DNA from: Octopus vulgaris
Lineage: Eukaryota
Assembly (NCBI GenBank): GCA_951406725.2
Contig: OX597825.1
Span: 76,074,001-76,138,000, forward strand
Length of the DNA: 64,000 nucleotides
Reading direction: 5' to 3'
Shown here: piece after piece, positions 13,326 through 26,096 of the stretch
Position numbering within the stretch: position 1 is the stretch's first letter
Layout: each line of letters begins with the position of its first letter
Position numbers and translations under genes: made by a program
The notes under the pieces: generated by a model
What the model was told of the DNA's origin: nothing
Database searches by the model: none
Seen by the model: the letters and a program-made list of their open reading frames with translations, nothing else

Positions 13326-13904
13326 TAAATAATAAGAATAAAGTTTGGTTAATTGTTCCTTATGGGGCTCAAGTAAAAACAAATATTATTAAAGAGATTT
13401 TAAATATAATTGAACAATTCATTCGGGATAATAGAAAATATAATAAAATGTTTTCTAGTAATAATTTTGGAGTTGGTTATTCTACCACTAATAATGTAGG
13501 TAACAGTATTTATTCTTTTAATAAATTTAAGTTGAATAAATTTTACAAAAAGAAATTAAAATAATGATTCCAATAGTAATAATAAAGATAATCTTGTAAT
13601 TAATTGTACATGTAGAGATAAAAATAAATATAAATTTAATAATAAATGTAATTTGCATGATGTAGTTTATAAATGTATAGTTACTTTAATTGGTAATAAT
13701 ATGAATGATTATAACTTAAACGCAATCTATATAGGGTCGACTTCAAATAAAATTAAATTAAGGGTGGCTCAACATATAAATTTCTTCAAGAATAGAATTT
13801 TAATTAATTCTACTGGGCTTAGTAAATATATATGGGAACTTAAATCTAAACGTATTAAGTATAATTTAAATTGGGAGATAGTTTGTAAGGCAAAATCTTA
13901 TAGT

Positions 13905-14097
13905 CATCATCATCATCATCATCATCATCATCGTTTAACGTCCGTTTTCCGCGCTAGCACGGGTTGGACGGTTTCGACCGGGGTCTGGGGAGCTCGGGAC
14001 TGCCCCAGGCTCCAGTCTAGTCTGGCAGTGTTTCTACAGCTGGATGCCCTTCCTAACGCCAACCACTCCGCGAGTGTAGTGGGTGTTTTTTACGTGA
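13905..14097 (-). mobile_element. RTE LINE 3' end fragment inserted in the GIY-YIG ORF
   Basis: (CAT)n followed by cgtttaacgtccgttttcc..cagctggatgcccttcctaacgccaaccac, nearly identical to the 8898 copy. Confidence 0.9.
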
Positions 14098-15209
14098 TAG
14101 GTAGTAATTCTTGTTTATTATGTACTAGTGAATTTAAGGAAATAATATTTAATAATCATAATAAATTAACTAATTTATTAGATGAGCATAAAATTAAATG
14201 TAGACATAAATTACTTTACTCATATAAGTTTTTAGATAAATAGCGAGTATATTTAAACCCTATTTTTGTTACTCATTTGTTGTAGTTATAATTTGTAGTA
14301 GTATTAATTCTATAAGTTAGCATGTGATTGTATATTGTATATTACATAATTGAATAAGTTTAAATTAAATAATTATTATTAAATAAATAAATAAATTAAT
14401 ATTGTGTTGTGATTGTAGTTTTGTAGTAGTGTTTTGAATATAATTCAACACGAGTTTTTATAGGGTTTATTACATAGTTAGAATTAGATTAAAATTAGAT
14501 GTTTATTTAATTATTATTATTATTATTATATGTGAACTAAAATCTAAAAGTATTAAGTGTAATTACTTTGGGAAATAGTTTGTAACGTAATATATTATTG
14601 AATAGGTAGTAATAAGATTTTTTTTATGTACTATTTAATTTAATAATAATAATAAGTACTTTGTTTATTCTCTTAATGAGTGAAATATTAGATCTAGACA
14701 TAAATTAATTTACTTATATAATAAGTTTAACTTATTTGTGAGGATTTATTTAGGAATATTTATTTGATATATAAAATAAATTTTTTATTAGTGATGTAGT
14801 TTTGGTTTCATGGTAGTGTTTTGTATATATGTCAATATGAGTTTGTATAGGGTTTATTTAATATTTGGAATTAGATTAATTTTAGATCTTTATTTAATTA
14901 ATAAGCATATAATTCAATTAATGAATATTGATTAAATTATAGTTTTTTAAATTAACTTAGTGGTTCAAAAATTGAGACCGCTAGAATAAGTACCAGGCTT
15001 GCATAGAATGGGTCTTAGGGTTGAATTGTTTGAATAAAGGTGGTGCTCCAGCATGACCATATTTAGTCTATTTACTAATTATATACTATTTATTTATTAT
15101 CATGTACTTTATAGTGATCTAGGTAAATGTTTTATCTTAAATTATATTTTTTCTATATGATATGATTTACGTCTATCATTGTTTGAATTACATAATAGTG
15201 GTTTTTCTC

Positions 15210-15252
<43 letters not shown>

Positions 15253-15884
15253 TGTGAAATTTGATTTAATACTAAATTGAATTTTTCCCTGTAAGTTTGG
15301 AGTTATACTCCCTAATATTATTAACATATATATATATATATAAATATATATATATACATATATGCATGTATATATGTACATACACTCTAAGACCTATTCA
15401 GTAATTTAAGATATATACTTGTGAATTTAAAAAATTTAACATTCATTGCTTCTTTTTAGCTTTACAGCAGAAATGTGATCCACAGATTTACATGCACCCC
15501 TAATATTAGAAAGATTCTCAACCCCTAATCTGAAGTGTTAATTTATGAAAAGTCATACAAAAGATCCCTTTTATTTCTTCACTATTTTCATTGATTACAC
15601 AGAAACTAACACAAAATCCCACACAAGTTCTTCATGTGGCATCATGTCATACAGATTATTTATCAAAGGAACGAAACAGTCTATCCATGATTACCAAATG
15701 ACTCAAAATTTTAAGAAATTTGTATCAAGTAAACAAAACAGTAAACATGAATTCTATGCATCTATTTCTTTTAGTTTCATTAATTTCAATTTCAAATTTC
15801 TAAGCCTGCTTTGAATTATTTCAAAATGAATAACTTTCTTGTAATGGCTGTCCCCATTGGTTTAGTTGTTAAATGAAATCTTAC

Positions 15885-15978
15885 TGTTCAGGAGTTTACA
15901 AGAATATTCAGGAGAATTTGTCTCGTCTATGTTAAAACAACCATATTCTTCTTCAGGAAGCATTCTTGTCATGGCAAT
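15885..15978 (-). CDS. Host gene exon (short type, phase 0 to 1): IAMTRMLPEEEYGCFNIDETNSPEYSCKLLN
   Basis: Acceptor ataatttttcag|, donor A|gtaaga, 94 nt (3n+1), open frame; phases fit both neighbours. Confidence 0.85.
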
Positions 15979-16163
15979 CTGAAAAATTATAAAAGAAAAT
16001 TTTAAGCAGATTAGTTTTATTATATATTTAAATTAACAGAAAATGTTTACATTGATAGACTGTCAGTTTTTGCCTTTATGAATCAGGTGTTATGATCAAT
16101 ATTTCATCCATTTCAACAGCCAATTTATGCTTGGAATATAAATTCAAAAACTATGACATTTAT

Positions 16164-16225
<62 letters not shown>

Positions 16226-16639
16226 TTTGTAAGACACTAAATTATGCATTTATACCATTCATCCAAGGCACACATAACTTGTCCCATCATTTAGGACTTG
16301 TAGAATGGGTTGTCTGAGCACAGATGTGGCAGTATGGTAAGAAGTTTGCCAACTGCATGATTTTGGGTTCAGTCCCACAACATGGCACCTTGGACAAGTG
16401 TCTTCTGCTATGAAGGTGGGTTGAAATCCATAGGCTGTCTATGCAGTAGTGATGCTAGAGCCGTGAAATCTTGGCTTTACTGCTTTGAGTCAGAGACTGT
16501 CTTCAAAAGGGCCACACCATCAATGGAGAGTACTATGCCAACTTGTTGAGGAAGTTATGAATGGCTATCAAGACCAAATACTAACTGGGACTAACTGGGA
16601 AGACAGTTTTTGTATGTGGTAGATGCTCAGGAGCAATAA

Positions 16640-17870
16640 ACACTGAAAATGTGCAGAGAACAACTTCGGCAACATTCCAAGGAGAAAAACTAGAAGTAGT
16701 TGATAGCTTCCATTACCTAGGTGACCAAGTCAGTAGTGGGAGGTGGATGCTGTGAAAGAGTAGGTGCTAGAGTAAGGATAGCTTGGGCAAAGTTCAGATA
16801 GATCCTACCTCTGCTGGTGACAAAGGGCCTCTCGCTCAGAGTAAAAGGTAGACTGTATGACGCATGTGTATGAATAGCCATGATACATGGCAGTGAAACA
16901 TGGGCCATGAATGCTGAGGACATGCGTAAGCTTGCAAGGAATGAAGCCAGTATGCTCCACTGGCTGTGCAATGTCAGAGTGCATACATGACAGAGTGCAA
17001 GTGCCCTGAGAGAAAAGTTGGACTTAAGAAGCATCAGATGTGGTGTGCAAGAGAGACAACTGTGCTGGTATAGTCATGTGTTGCAAATGGATGAGGACAG
17101 CTGTTGAGGGAACCTGTGGAAGAGGTAGACCCAGGAAGACCTGACATGAGATGGTGAAGCATGTCCTTCAAACATTGGGCCTCACAAAGGCAATGACTAG
17201 TGACTGAGACCTTTGGAGATATGCTGTGCTTGAGAAGATCCAGCAAGCCAAGTGAAGCCATTTCTCATGGGCTATGGCAGTGGTGTATACCCAGCCTACT
17301 TATGAGTAACCTTCATTCATTGGACAATAAACTTTGCTTGCAAAAACCTGTTGAGGAAAGTGAAATCAAAATCACTGACATGGCCGATGGCAGTACCGCC
17401 TGATTGGCACTTGTGCCAGTGGAACATTAAAAGCACCATCCGCGTGTGATCGTTGCCAGGGCTGCTGACTGGCTCCTGTGCTGGTGGCATGTAAAAAGCA
17501 CCATTTAAGCATGATCGTTGCCAGCATCGCCTTACTGGTACATGTGCCAGTGGCATGTGAAAAACAACATTCAAGTGTGGTTGTTGTCAGTGCCGTCAGA
17601 CTGGCTCATGTGCAGGTGGCACGTAAGAAACACCTTTGAGCGTGGTCATTGCCAGTACTACCAAACTGGATCTTGTGCCAGCAGCACATAAAAACACCCA
17701 CTACACCCTCAGAGTGCTTGTCATTAGGAAGGGCATCTAGCTGTAGAAACTTTGCCAGATCAGATTGGAGCCTGGTGCAGCCATCTGGCTCGCCAGTCTG
17801 TAGTCAAAGCATCCAAGCCATGCCAGCATGGGAAGCGTATGTTAAACGTTGACGATGATAATGATGATAT
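16640..17870 (+). mobile_element. RTE LINE 3' portion (decayed)
   Basis: FQGEKLEVVDSFHYLGDQ and LSLRVKGRLYDAC homology, 3' UTR repeats, (GAT)n tail into (TA)n. Confidence 0.9.
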
Positions 17871-17904
17871 ATGTATGTATATATATATATGTATATATAT
17901 ATAC

Positions 17905-17956
<52 letters not shown>

Positions 17957-17997
17957 TAAGGAAAATTAAGGAACGGCCATAATAGGCCATAATATAG

Positions 17998-18046
<49 letters not shown>

Positions 18047-18209
18047 TATGTATATATATATATACATGTATGTATACATATATATATATATATGTATGCA
18101 TATAAATACATATACATATATGTATATATATGTACATATATATGTATATATATATATGTATGTATATATATAAATACATATACATATACACACACACATA
18201 TATATATAT

Positions 18210-18567
18210 ATCATCATCATCATCGTTTAACGTCCGCTTTCCATGCTAGCATGTGTTGGACGGTTCGACTGAGGATCTGGGAAGCCCGAAGGCAGCACCA
18301 GGCCAGTCAGATCTGGCAGTGTTTCTACAGCTGGATGCCCTTCCTAACGCCAACCACTCCGTGAGTGTAGTGGGTGCTTTTTATGTGCCACCGACACAGG
18401 TGCCAGACGAGGCTGGCGAACGGCCACGCTCGGATGGTGCTTCTTACGTGCCACTGGCACGGAGGCCAGGCGAGGCTGGCAACAGCCACGATCGGATGGT
18501 GTTTGTTACATGCCACCAGCACGGAGGCCAGTCAATGCGGTGCTGGCTACAGCCACGTTCGGATGAC
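18210..18567 (-). mobile_element. RTE LINE 3' UTR fragment
   Basis: (CAT)n plus conserved RTE 3' end and ~3 UTR repeat units. Confidence 0.9.
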
Positions 18568-19027
18568 ACACACACACACACACATATGTAATGAGAACAC
18601 TAACTGTGAATAATAATTGTCTTATAGTATGATAAACCCATCCAAAATATCTCAGCATCCAAAGAGGGAATGATGATGATGATGATGGTGGTGGTAAAGA
18701 CACTGCTGATGTGGTGATGATAGTACACCTTCCTATATATATATGCACACACACACAAAAACAAATGCACACTGATACATGCAAAATAACTCCAGGAAAT
18801 AAGGTAAGCCTGTATGTGATTATTAGACTTACTAGAAATAGGTACCAAATCTCCTTTAAGACTCACCATATTGTCTTAGGAAAAAAGAACTGACTGAATT
18901 AAGACTTTAGGTATATGCATCTGAGAAAACAACTTGATGTCCATGTCTGGAAAGTCTTTGATCCCTAGGTTTTCTCAGCCTTGACTGAGAAAACCTAGGG
19001 AGTCATTAATAATAGCAACAATTACAA

Positions 19028-19074
<47 letters not shown>

Positions 19075-19128
19075 ACAATTAAAATTTTTAAAAATATTAA
19101 TGGAATTCAAGAAGGTAAAATTTCTCAC

Positions 19129-19361
19129 TTTGGATATGTCAATAGATTTGTTTTTGTTTCCAAAGGATATTTCAATCTCACCAATGTTTATATTTCCAAT
19201 ATTGGTAAAAGCAGAAAATGTTGGGAGATAAGCTAACTTTTTGAACATCAGACTTCGTGAAATATTTGTTTCTCTGCCAGTCACTCTAACACACATTTGT
19301 ACTTCTTTTGTATCTCCAACTAGTTCTTGGCGAGAAGTTAGTTCTATTTTCCACACAGTAT
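19129..19361 (-). CDS. Host gene exon (long type, phase 1 to 0): (D)TVWKIELTSRQELVGDTKEVQMCVRVTGRETN...NIGEIEISFGNKNKSIDISK
   Basis: Acceptor ctttcttttctag|, donor AAA|gtgaga, 233 nt (3n+2), within ORF 19006..19500; alternating hydrophobic pattern like PLAT/LH2 beta strands. Confidence 0.85.
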
Positions 19362-20454
19362 CTAGAAAAGAAAGAATAAAATAAACAAAGCAATAAAAAA
19401 GATGGTGTAGTAGTTGTAATACATTTAAAAAAAAAAAGAAATGTGCTTTGAAAAAGGGTGAATTACTTGATATTTTGAGATTTGAGTTATTTCTCAACAA
19501 AAGATGACTGATTTTCTTAACATCAACCTTTTTCTTACCATTTTTCTGTTGAAATACAATGTCTTGGTTTCAATTAATTTTGAGAATAATGAAGAATTTA
19601 TTAAGTAACTTTGTTTCTTTTAAGCATTTATTTGGAATATAAATTAATATGAAATTTTGACAGAAGAGTTTCATTCAGATCACTTTAAAATAAGGAATTT
19701 GTATCATAGAACTTAAATAGTTTCAGGCAGGTTGGTATCAAAAGAATAAAGAAATAAAGAAATGGTAGTTGTAACATTTATGGTTGTGTTATCTTTAGTG
19801 AGTCAAATAATTGATAAAAGAAAGAATTATCATCAACAATGTTTAATAACATTAAACATTTATAATATATGTAATATACAATTTGTTGTTTGTATGTTAT
19901 ATAATGAAATAATGAATTTTATTAGGGAGACCAAACTGAGAGCTTGATAATCTGCTAAACTAAACATTAAAATTTGAAAGAAGAAAATAAACAGCTTTGC
20001 AAGTTTAACTCAGTGTTTATCGAACAAGAGAGGTGCGAAATTTAAGGAGCGACTTGCTAGAATATACATGTAAGTGAGGAGACATAAACAAGAATAGCAA
20101 AAATCTATTACACCAAAAGAACTGGTAATACATACATTACAAGTGTTCTCTGAAGAGAACATAAGATTGATGCATAATTCAACATGAATGTAAAACAACA
20201 TTAAACATCATATAAGGTAAATGAAGGTTTCTGTGGGAACACTAGAAGTTATATTCACTTTGTGAGTTTACATATGTGAGGATGAATTATGATGTTGTCG
20301 ATGTCAGCATTAGATACAGCAAGAGCTGGTAGCAGTGATATCAGCGGTGATGAATTTCATTGTGTTGGAATGTGCAGAAAGTGAGCAAATAGTTTCCTGG
20401 TGCAAACGCAAACTAGACTCCCTAAACGGAGAGAAATTCTTCTATTTAACTTGA

Positions 20455-22860
20455 ACTGGTGCTGAATTCAAATTGGTCCCAAGTCGTTACCTCCTCCACA
20501 AGGGGTAACAACACTTTGGATCTGCTATTTACTGCTTCTCCTGAAACATTTATTAGTGTCACTACTGAAGAACCTTTAGGTGACTCTGATCATTCCATGA
20601 TCATGGCCAACTTGTCTCTGATTGGTTGTAACAAAAACCACAACCATCTTCAAACTGCTCGCTTTGACTGGAATAAAGCAGACTGGAGCTCTTATAGTAT
20701 CGAGCTGCAATTCCCAAACTGGCTTGAATTTTATTCCTCTGGAGATGTGAACACTATACTTCAGAACATTCTGAATTCAGTATAGATGGCATGAGCAGCA
20801 TCAGTACCACGCAAGCACAAAAAACCACCCAATAGTGCAATTTGGGAGACTGCAGCAGTCCGACGTGCCAGGAAAGAATGCTGTAATGCTGAACAGGAAT
20901 ACAAGATGCATAAATCAGAGATCAACAGGAAAAAGCACAATAGATCATCCAACCATCTCAAGTAGGTGACAAAAAAAGGTAGTGCTTGAATTTGAACAGC
21001 GCATAGCAACCAAGCCTGACAGCAAAGTGTTCTGGAAGTATGTACATTCAAAACAGAGACCTCACTCTCCAGCTAGCCCCCTTCACAATCCCCACACAGG
21101 CCAGATTACTGACAATCCCAAAGAATGTGCAGAAATCATTGCTGGATGCTATGCAGGCATCTTTACTGTCGAAGATCAAAATGTTCCATCTCCATCACCT
21201 CTGACACTGGACTCTGTAACCTACAACACCGCCTTCAGAATAAATGTAACTATGCCTCTCTTGGTCTTGATGGTGTTACATAACTACTTCTCAAACACAG
21301 TGGGTACTTTATTCTAAACCAACTTTCACTATTCTTTCAATTCTGTCTTGGCAATGGTGTTACTCCAGAGCAGTGGAAAACGTCCAGTGTTATCCCTCTG
21401 TTCAAAAAAGGTGACCGAACATCACCTGTCAACTATTGCCCTGTCAGTCTTACTAGCTGCATCGCCAAACTGATGGAATCCTGTATCAGGGAAACCCTCT
21501 GGAACTTCTGGAAGTCTCATAGCCTCATCCAGCCGTCACAATTTGGATTTATTCCTAACTCCAGCTGCTGTAATCAACTCATCGAGTTTCTTGAGGACAT
21601 TACCCATAACACTGATCGTGGATCCTGGGTGGATGTTGTTTGCCTGGACTTTGCTAAGGCTTTTAATTCTGTGCCACACAAAAGACTTATGGTGAAACTC
21701 TCTGAAATGGGTGTAAGAGATTATATCTATAACTGGTTGAAGTTCATTATCGGCTGAAAAGAGGTCGTCACAGTTCTAGGAGAGCACTCTTCACACTATG
21801 AGGTGACATCTGGTGTACCACAGAGATCTGTTCTTGGCCCCCTTTTATTTGTTGCATATGTTAATGACATAGATGCCAACTTAAAGAATTCCACACTGCT
21901 GAAATAAGCAGATGATATCAAGCTGTACCTTGAAATAAAGAGGACAGATCCTGTACACTATAGATCTTTATTGCAATCAGAATTGAACACAATGCGAAAG
22001 TTGATCATGGACTGGCAACTCAAGCTGGCTGTGGACAAATGTACCACCATGAATTTTGGGAGGAAAAACCACCCAGCATCTACTCACTCCCTCCACAACA
22101 CTAATCTCAAAAAGTCTTCTTGTGAACATGACCTGGGCATTATTGTCGACAGCGATTTGCGTTGGACAAAACACATTGCTAAAATTGCCAAGAAGGCTGA
22201 GGGTGTCTTGGCATCACTTACTAAGTCCTTTGTGAGTTGATCTCCAGCTATTTATCTGAGGCTTTATATAGCTATGGTGCGGCCTCACCTGGAATTTGCA
22301 TCACCGGTCTGGAACCCCTATCTTGCCCAGGATATTAATCTTCTGGAAACCATTCAGCGACGTGCAACAAAGAGAATAACCTCCATCAGGCATTTGCCAT
22401 ATTCTGAATGCCTTACTTCCCTGGGCATGGATATGTTGAATCTCCGACGTCTGGCAGTTGACTTGGCAGACAGCCATAAAATTAATAACCCTCTTACTAA
22501 CAATAACTCTGAGCACCTTTTCAAACTCCACCTGTCTAACACCCATGGACATGTTTACAAAGTCAGAAAACAGCACAACTCCCACTTTTTCACGCTAAGA
22601 GTTGCTGAAGCAAGGAACAAACTGCCAGCATCAGTTGTTAGTTGTCGGAGCACTGCATCCATCAAAACTTCCATGCTTCCTGAGATTCGCCAGCACTACA
22701 CCTGATTTTCTCCCCTCCATACACATGCAAGCCTGTATCTGACTCATACACTGTTCATTTCCCAGACATTTGTACATAACTGCATCTGTTTTATATGCAC
22801 TTTTGACAAGTTGTGGTGCACCCAAGCACTGTATACAAAAATTTCATTATTATTTCATTT
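20455..22860 (+). mobile_element. Decayed CR1-clade LINE (APE tail + RT)
   Basis: RGNNTLDLLFT and LGDSDH (APE end); QFGF, LDFAKAFNSVPH, ADDIK, VRPHLEFASPVWNPY..LETIQRRATK; short ATTTCATT-type tail. Confidence 0.9.
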
Positions 22861-24110
22861 CAAGTTGCTAGGCTCCACAGTGATATGTAAGGATTTTTCA
22901 TCCATTTTAGAGTATTTGATTGGCTGACCGGTTAATTTGGCATTATTGTCTAAGGGACAAATTGCACCTAAATAGTAACCAATCAGAGCAAATGGTTAAA
23001 ACATGATCTTTATAGCTAAGTGTTCTCTGCTTCATCCAAACAACAACTATAAATAAAAGGGAGAGAGAAGAGTTTGTCATTCATGCTTTTGTCAATCCAT
23101 TCTGCTACTGAATAATGAATCTGTGAAAAGATGGAAGCAAGAATATCTCATATAAATTAAAACACAGTTGTCAGTTACAATAAGAATAATTTCTTGGAGA
23201 GGAAGTGGAGGAAGGAAAATTATCTTCAATAAAATAGTTTTCATTGAGGATCCAAAGACAAAAAGCTTTCAGTAGCAACAAGAAGGGTCTCTACAGAGAG
23301 CTGAATTCTAGGATTTTTGTAAGTCCACCAAAACATTTTAGAATATTCCATGATGTCTTTAGGTGCTAAAATAAAGTTTCTTCTTTGTTTTTCGCTCTCT
23401 CTGCCTCTCATAAACTAATGTCAAAGATAATTAACTGGAAAAAATGTTAGAGGGGTATTATAATAGAGTTCAGGAATCTAATCAAAATAGCTCTGGTTAT
23501 TATTACAAAAAATACTATTATTCATCAGTGGTTTTGACTTTTAAACTTAAATATTCCAGGTTCAGATTTGAGGAAGGTTATTTGGGTGGGTCCTTGGGCA
23601 AATGCCTTCTATGATAGCCTCTGACCAAGCAAAGACTTGAGAGTAGAATTGGTAGACAGAAAGTGAAAGAAAACTGACATATATATATATGTGTATACAT
23701 GTGTGTGTGTGTGTGTGGAAAGGGTGCTTGTGTTTCCTTGTCTGAGCAATAACTGTAAATGACCACCACTGTCATACAAGTGGTGTTCTTCATTTCAAAT
23801 CTGATGTAAGTATATGTCTCACTATTTTTTTTATCTTTTACTTCTTTCAGACACTAGACTGTGGCCATACTGGGGTACCACCTTGTGAAAGTTTAGTTGA
23901 ATAAATTATCTCTAATACTTTATTTATTTTTTATAAGCCTGGTACTTATTTGATAGGTCTCTTTTGCCAAACCACTAAGCCATGGAAATGTAAACATGCC
24001 AACATCAACTGTTGCTGGGGAATGCACACACACACACACACATACATATGTATCATCTTCATCATCATCATCATCACCATTTAAAATGTTTCTCATGCTG
24101 GCATGAGTTG

Positions 24111-24153
<43 letters not shown>

Positions 24154-24792
24154 GTATATGTATATGTATGTATATACATATATACAATGGCCTTCTTTCA
24201 GTTTCTGTTGACCATATCCACTCACAAGTCTTTGGTGTGTCTGAGGTTATAGTAGAAGACACTTGTCCAATGTACCACCGCCATCAAGATAGCTATTGAT
24301 ACACGATCTGTATCCATTATAACCTTCGAACAAGGGAGGTCAGCCGCTTCACACTGCCAGTCCGACAACTACAGACGCGTTTCGGGGTATCATCATCATC
24401 ATCATCGTTTAGCGTCCGTTTTCCATGCTAGCATGGGTTGGACGGTTCTACTGGGGTCTGTGAAGCCAGAAGGATGAAAGGCAAAGTCAACCATGACAGA
24501 ATTTGAACTCAGAAGGTAACGAAATGCCATTAAGCATTTTGCCCAATGTGCTAATGATTCTGCCAGCTTGCTTCCTTCTACTAAGGAAATATTATCATGA
24601 ATGTGGCTTTGGAAACTGGCGTTAATGGGAGGATTTAATTCTTTGTGGTAACATCAATACAGTCATTTATAATTCATTTTGCTCACTCACCTTTTTAACA
24701 ATAACATCAAGTAAAAGTCCCACAGGCAGAAAGGCAGACCTATTTCATAATTTCTAATAAAGTGAAATAAGAAATATCTTTCATCAACTTAC

Positions 24793-24877
24793 CATTTATC
24801 AATGAACACTCGTGGAAAGTATGATCAAGATATAGACAGGAATATATTTTGGAAGTGTTCATGTTCTTCAGTATGAC
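24793..24877 (-). CDS. Host gene short exon, variant A: VILKNMNTSKIYSCLYLDHTFHECSLIN
   Basis: Acceptor ccttttactttag|, donor G|gtaagt, 85 nt (3n+1), open frame. Confidence 0.8.
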
Positions 24878-25354
24878 CTAAAGTAAAAGGAAAATAGAAA
24901 AATGAAAATTATGTGTCCAGGAATTACATGAGTTTGGAGATGAGTCAATTTGTTCTTGATCTTGTAATTACAAAGATGAGAAATATCTAATTTATCCATC
25001 CATTCAGCAATTCTATCTCTACTTCACATAAAGTCTTTTTTTCCCCAAATATTGATAGCTTTATAGTCAAGCAAGACCGTGTTTACAGGAGCTGAGCTGT
25101 TCAGATTTACTCATTAAGAAATTAAAACAACATAGAAGAATTATATAAATTCACAAATAATGGCAGCAGGGAAGGAGCCTGGTCTTGTCATCTGAGTATA
25201 TTCAACTTGAAAATATTACTCTATTCTAAATCATAAATTCATATAGAACTGAATGTAGAAACAGAGGTAGTGATGGAGTCTGGTAGATATAATATGTCTA
25301 CATTTGGGTCGTTTACCTATTATATCCCCTTTTGCGTCTACATAGGCTATCTAC

Positions 25355-25401
<47 letters not shown>

Positions 25402-25999
25402 CATATATACAATGGGCTTCTTTCAGTTTCTGTTGACCATATCCACTGACAAGTCTTTGGTGTGTCTGAGGTTATAGTAAGAGACACTTGTCCAATGTAC
25501 CAGACTGTGAGATTGAACATGAAATCATGTATTTAAGAAGCAAAATTCCAAACACTACCAAGGAAATATTGGCTTCAAATTTTGGCATAAGGCCAGCACA
25601 TTCTGAGGAGGGAATAAGTCAATTACATTGACCCCAGTCTGCAACTGGTACTTATTTTATTGACTCCATAATGATGAAAGGCAAAGTCAACCATGGCAGA
25701 ATTTGAACTCAGAACATAAAGGTAGACGAAATGCCATTAAGCATTTTGCCCAATGTGCTAATGATTCTGCCAGCTTGCTTCCTTCTACTAAGGAAATATT
25801 ATCATGAATGTGGCTTTGGAAACTGGCATTAATGGGAGGATTTAATTCTTTGTGGTAACATCAATACAGTCATTTATAATTCATTTTGCTCACTCACCTT
25901 TTTAACAATAACATCAAGTAAAAGTCACACAGGCAGAAAGGCAGACCTATTTCATAATTTCTAATAAAGTGAAATAAGAAATATCTTTCAGCAACTTAC

Positions 26000-26096
26000 C
26001 GTTTTTCAATGAACACTCGTGGTAAGGAATTCGAGAAGTATAATTAAGATATAGACAGGAATATATTTTGGAAGTTTCCATGTTTTTCAGTGTGAC
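26000..26096 (-). CDS. Host gene short exon, variant B: VTLKNMETSKIYSCLYLNYTSRIPYHECSLKN
   Basis: Acceptor ctattttcctttag|, donor G|gtaagt, 97 nt (3n+1), open frame. Confidence 0.8.

Larger units (their letters stand above)
11677..14950 (+). mobile_element. Second copy of the AT-rich Penelope-like element, 5'-truncated, with nested R4/Dong-like and RTE insertions
   Basis: GGLYRDD at ~11710, SNHPPSI, YYNEALRKAGY, and GIY-YIG ORF 13653-14243 (AIYIGSTSN, LSKYIWELK). Homologous to 5515-8870 in opposite orientation; 3' region partly tandemly repeated (14400-14900). Confidence 0.8.

Noticed and set aside
17760-18364. YI/HT/CV-repeat ORFs here and at ~40 kb, 52 kb, 55.5 kb and 59 kb
   Set aside because: Artefacts of (TA)n and (CA)n microsatellites
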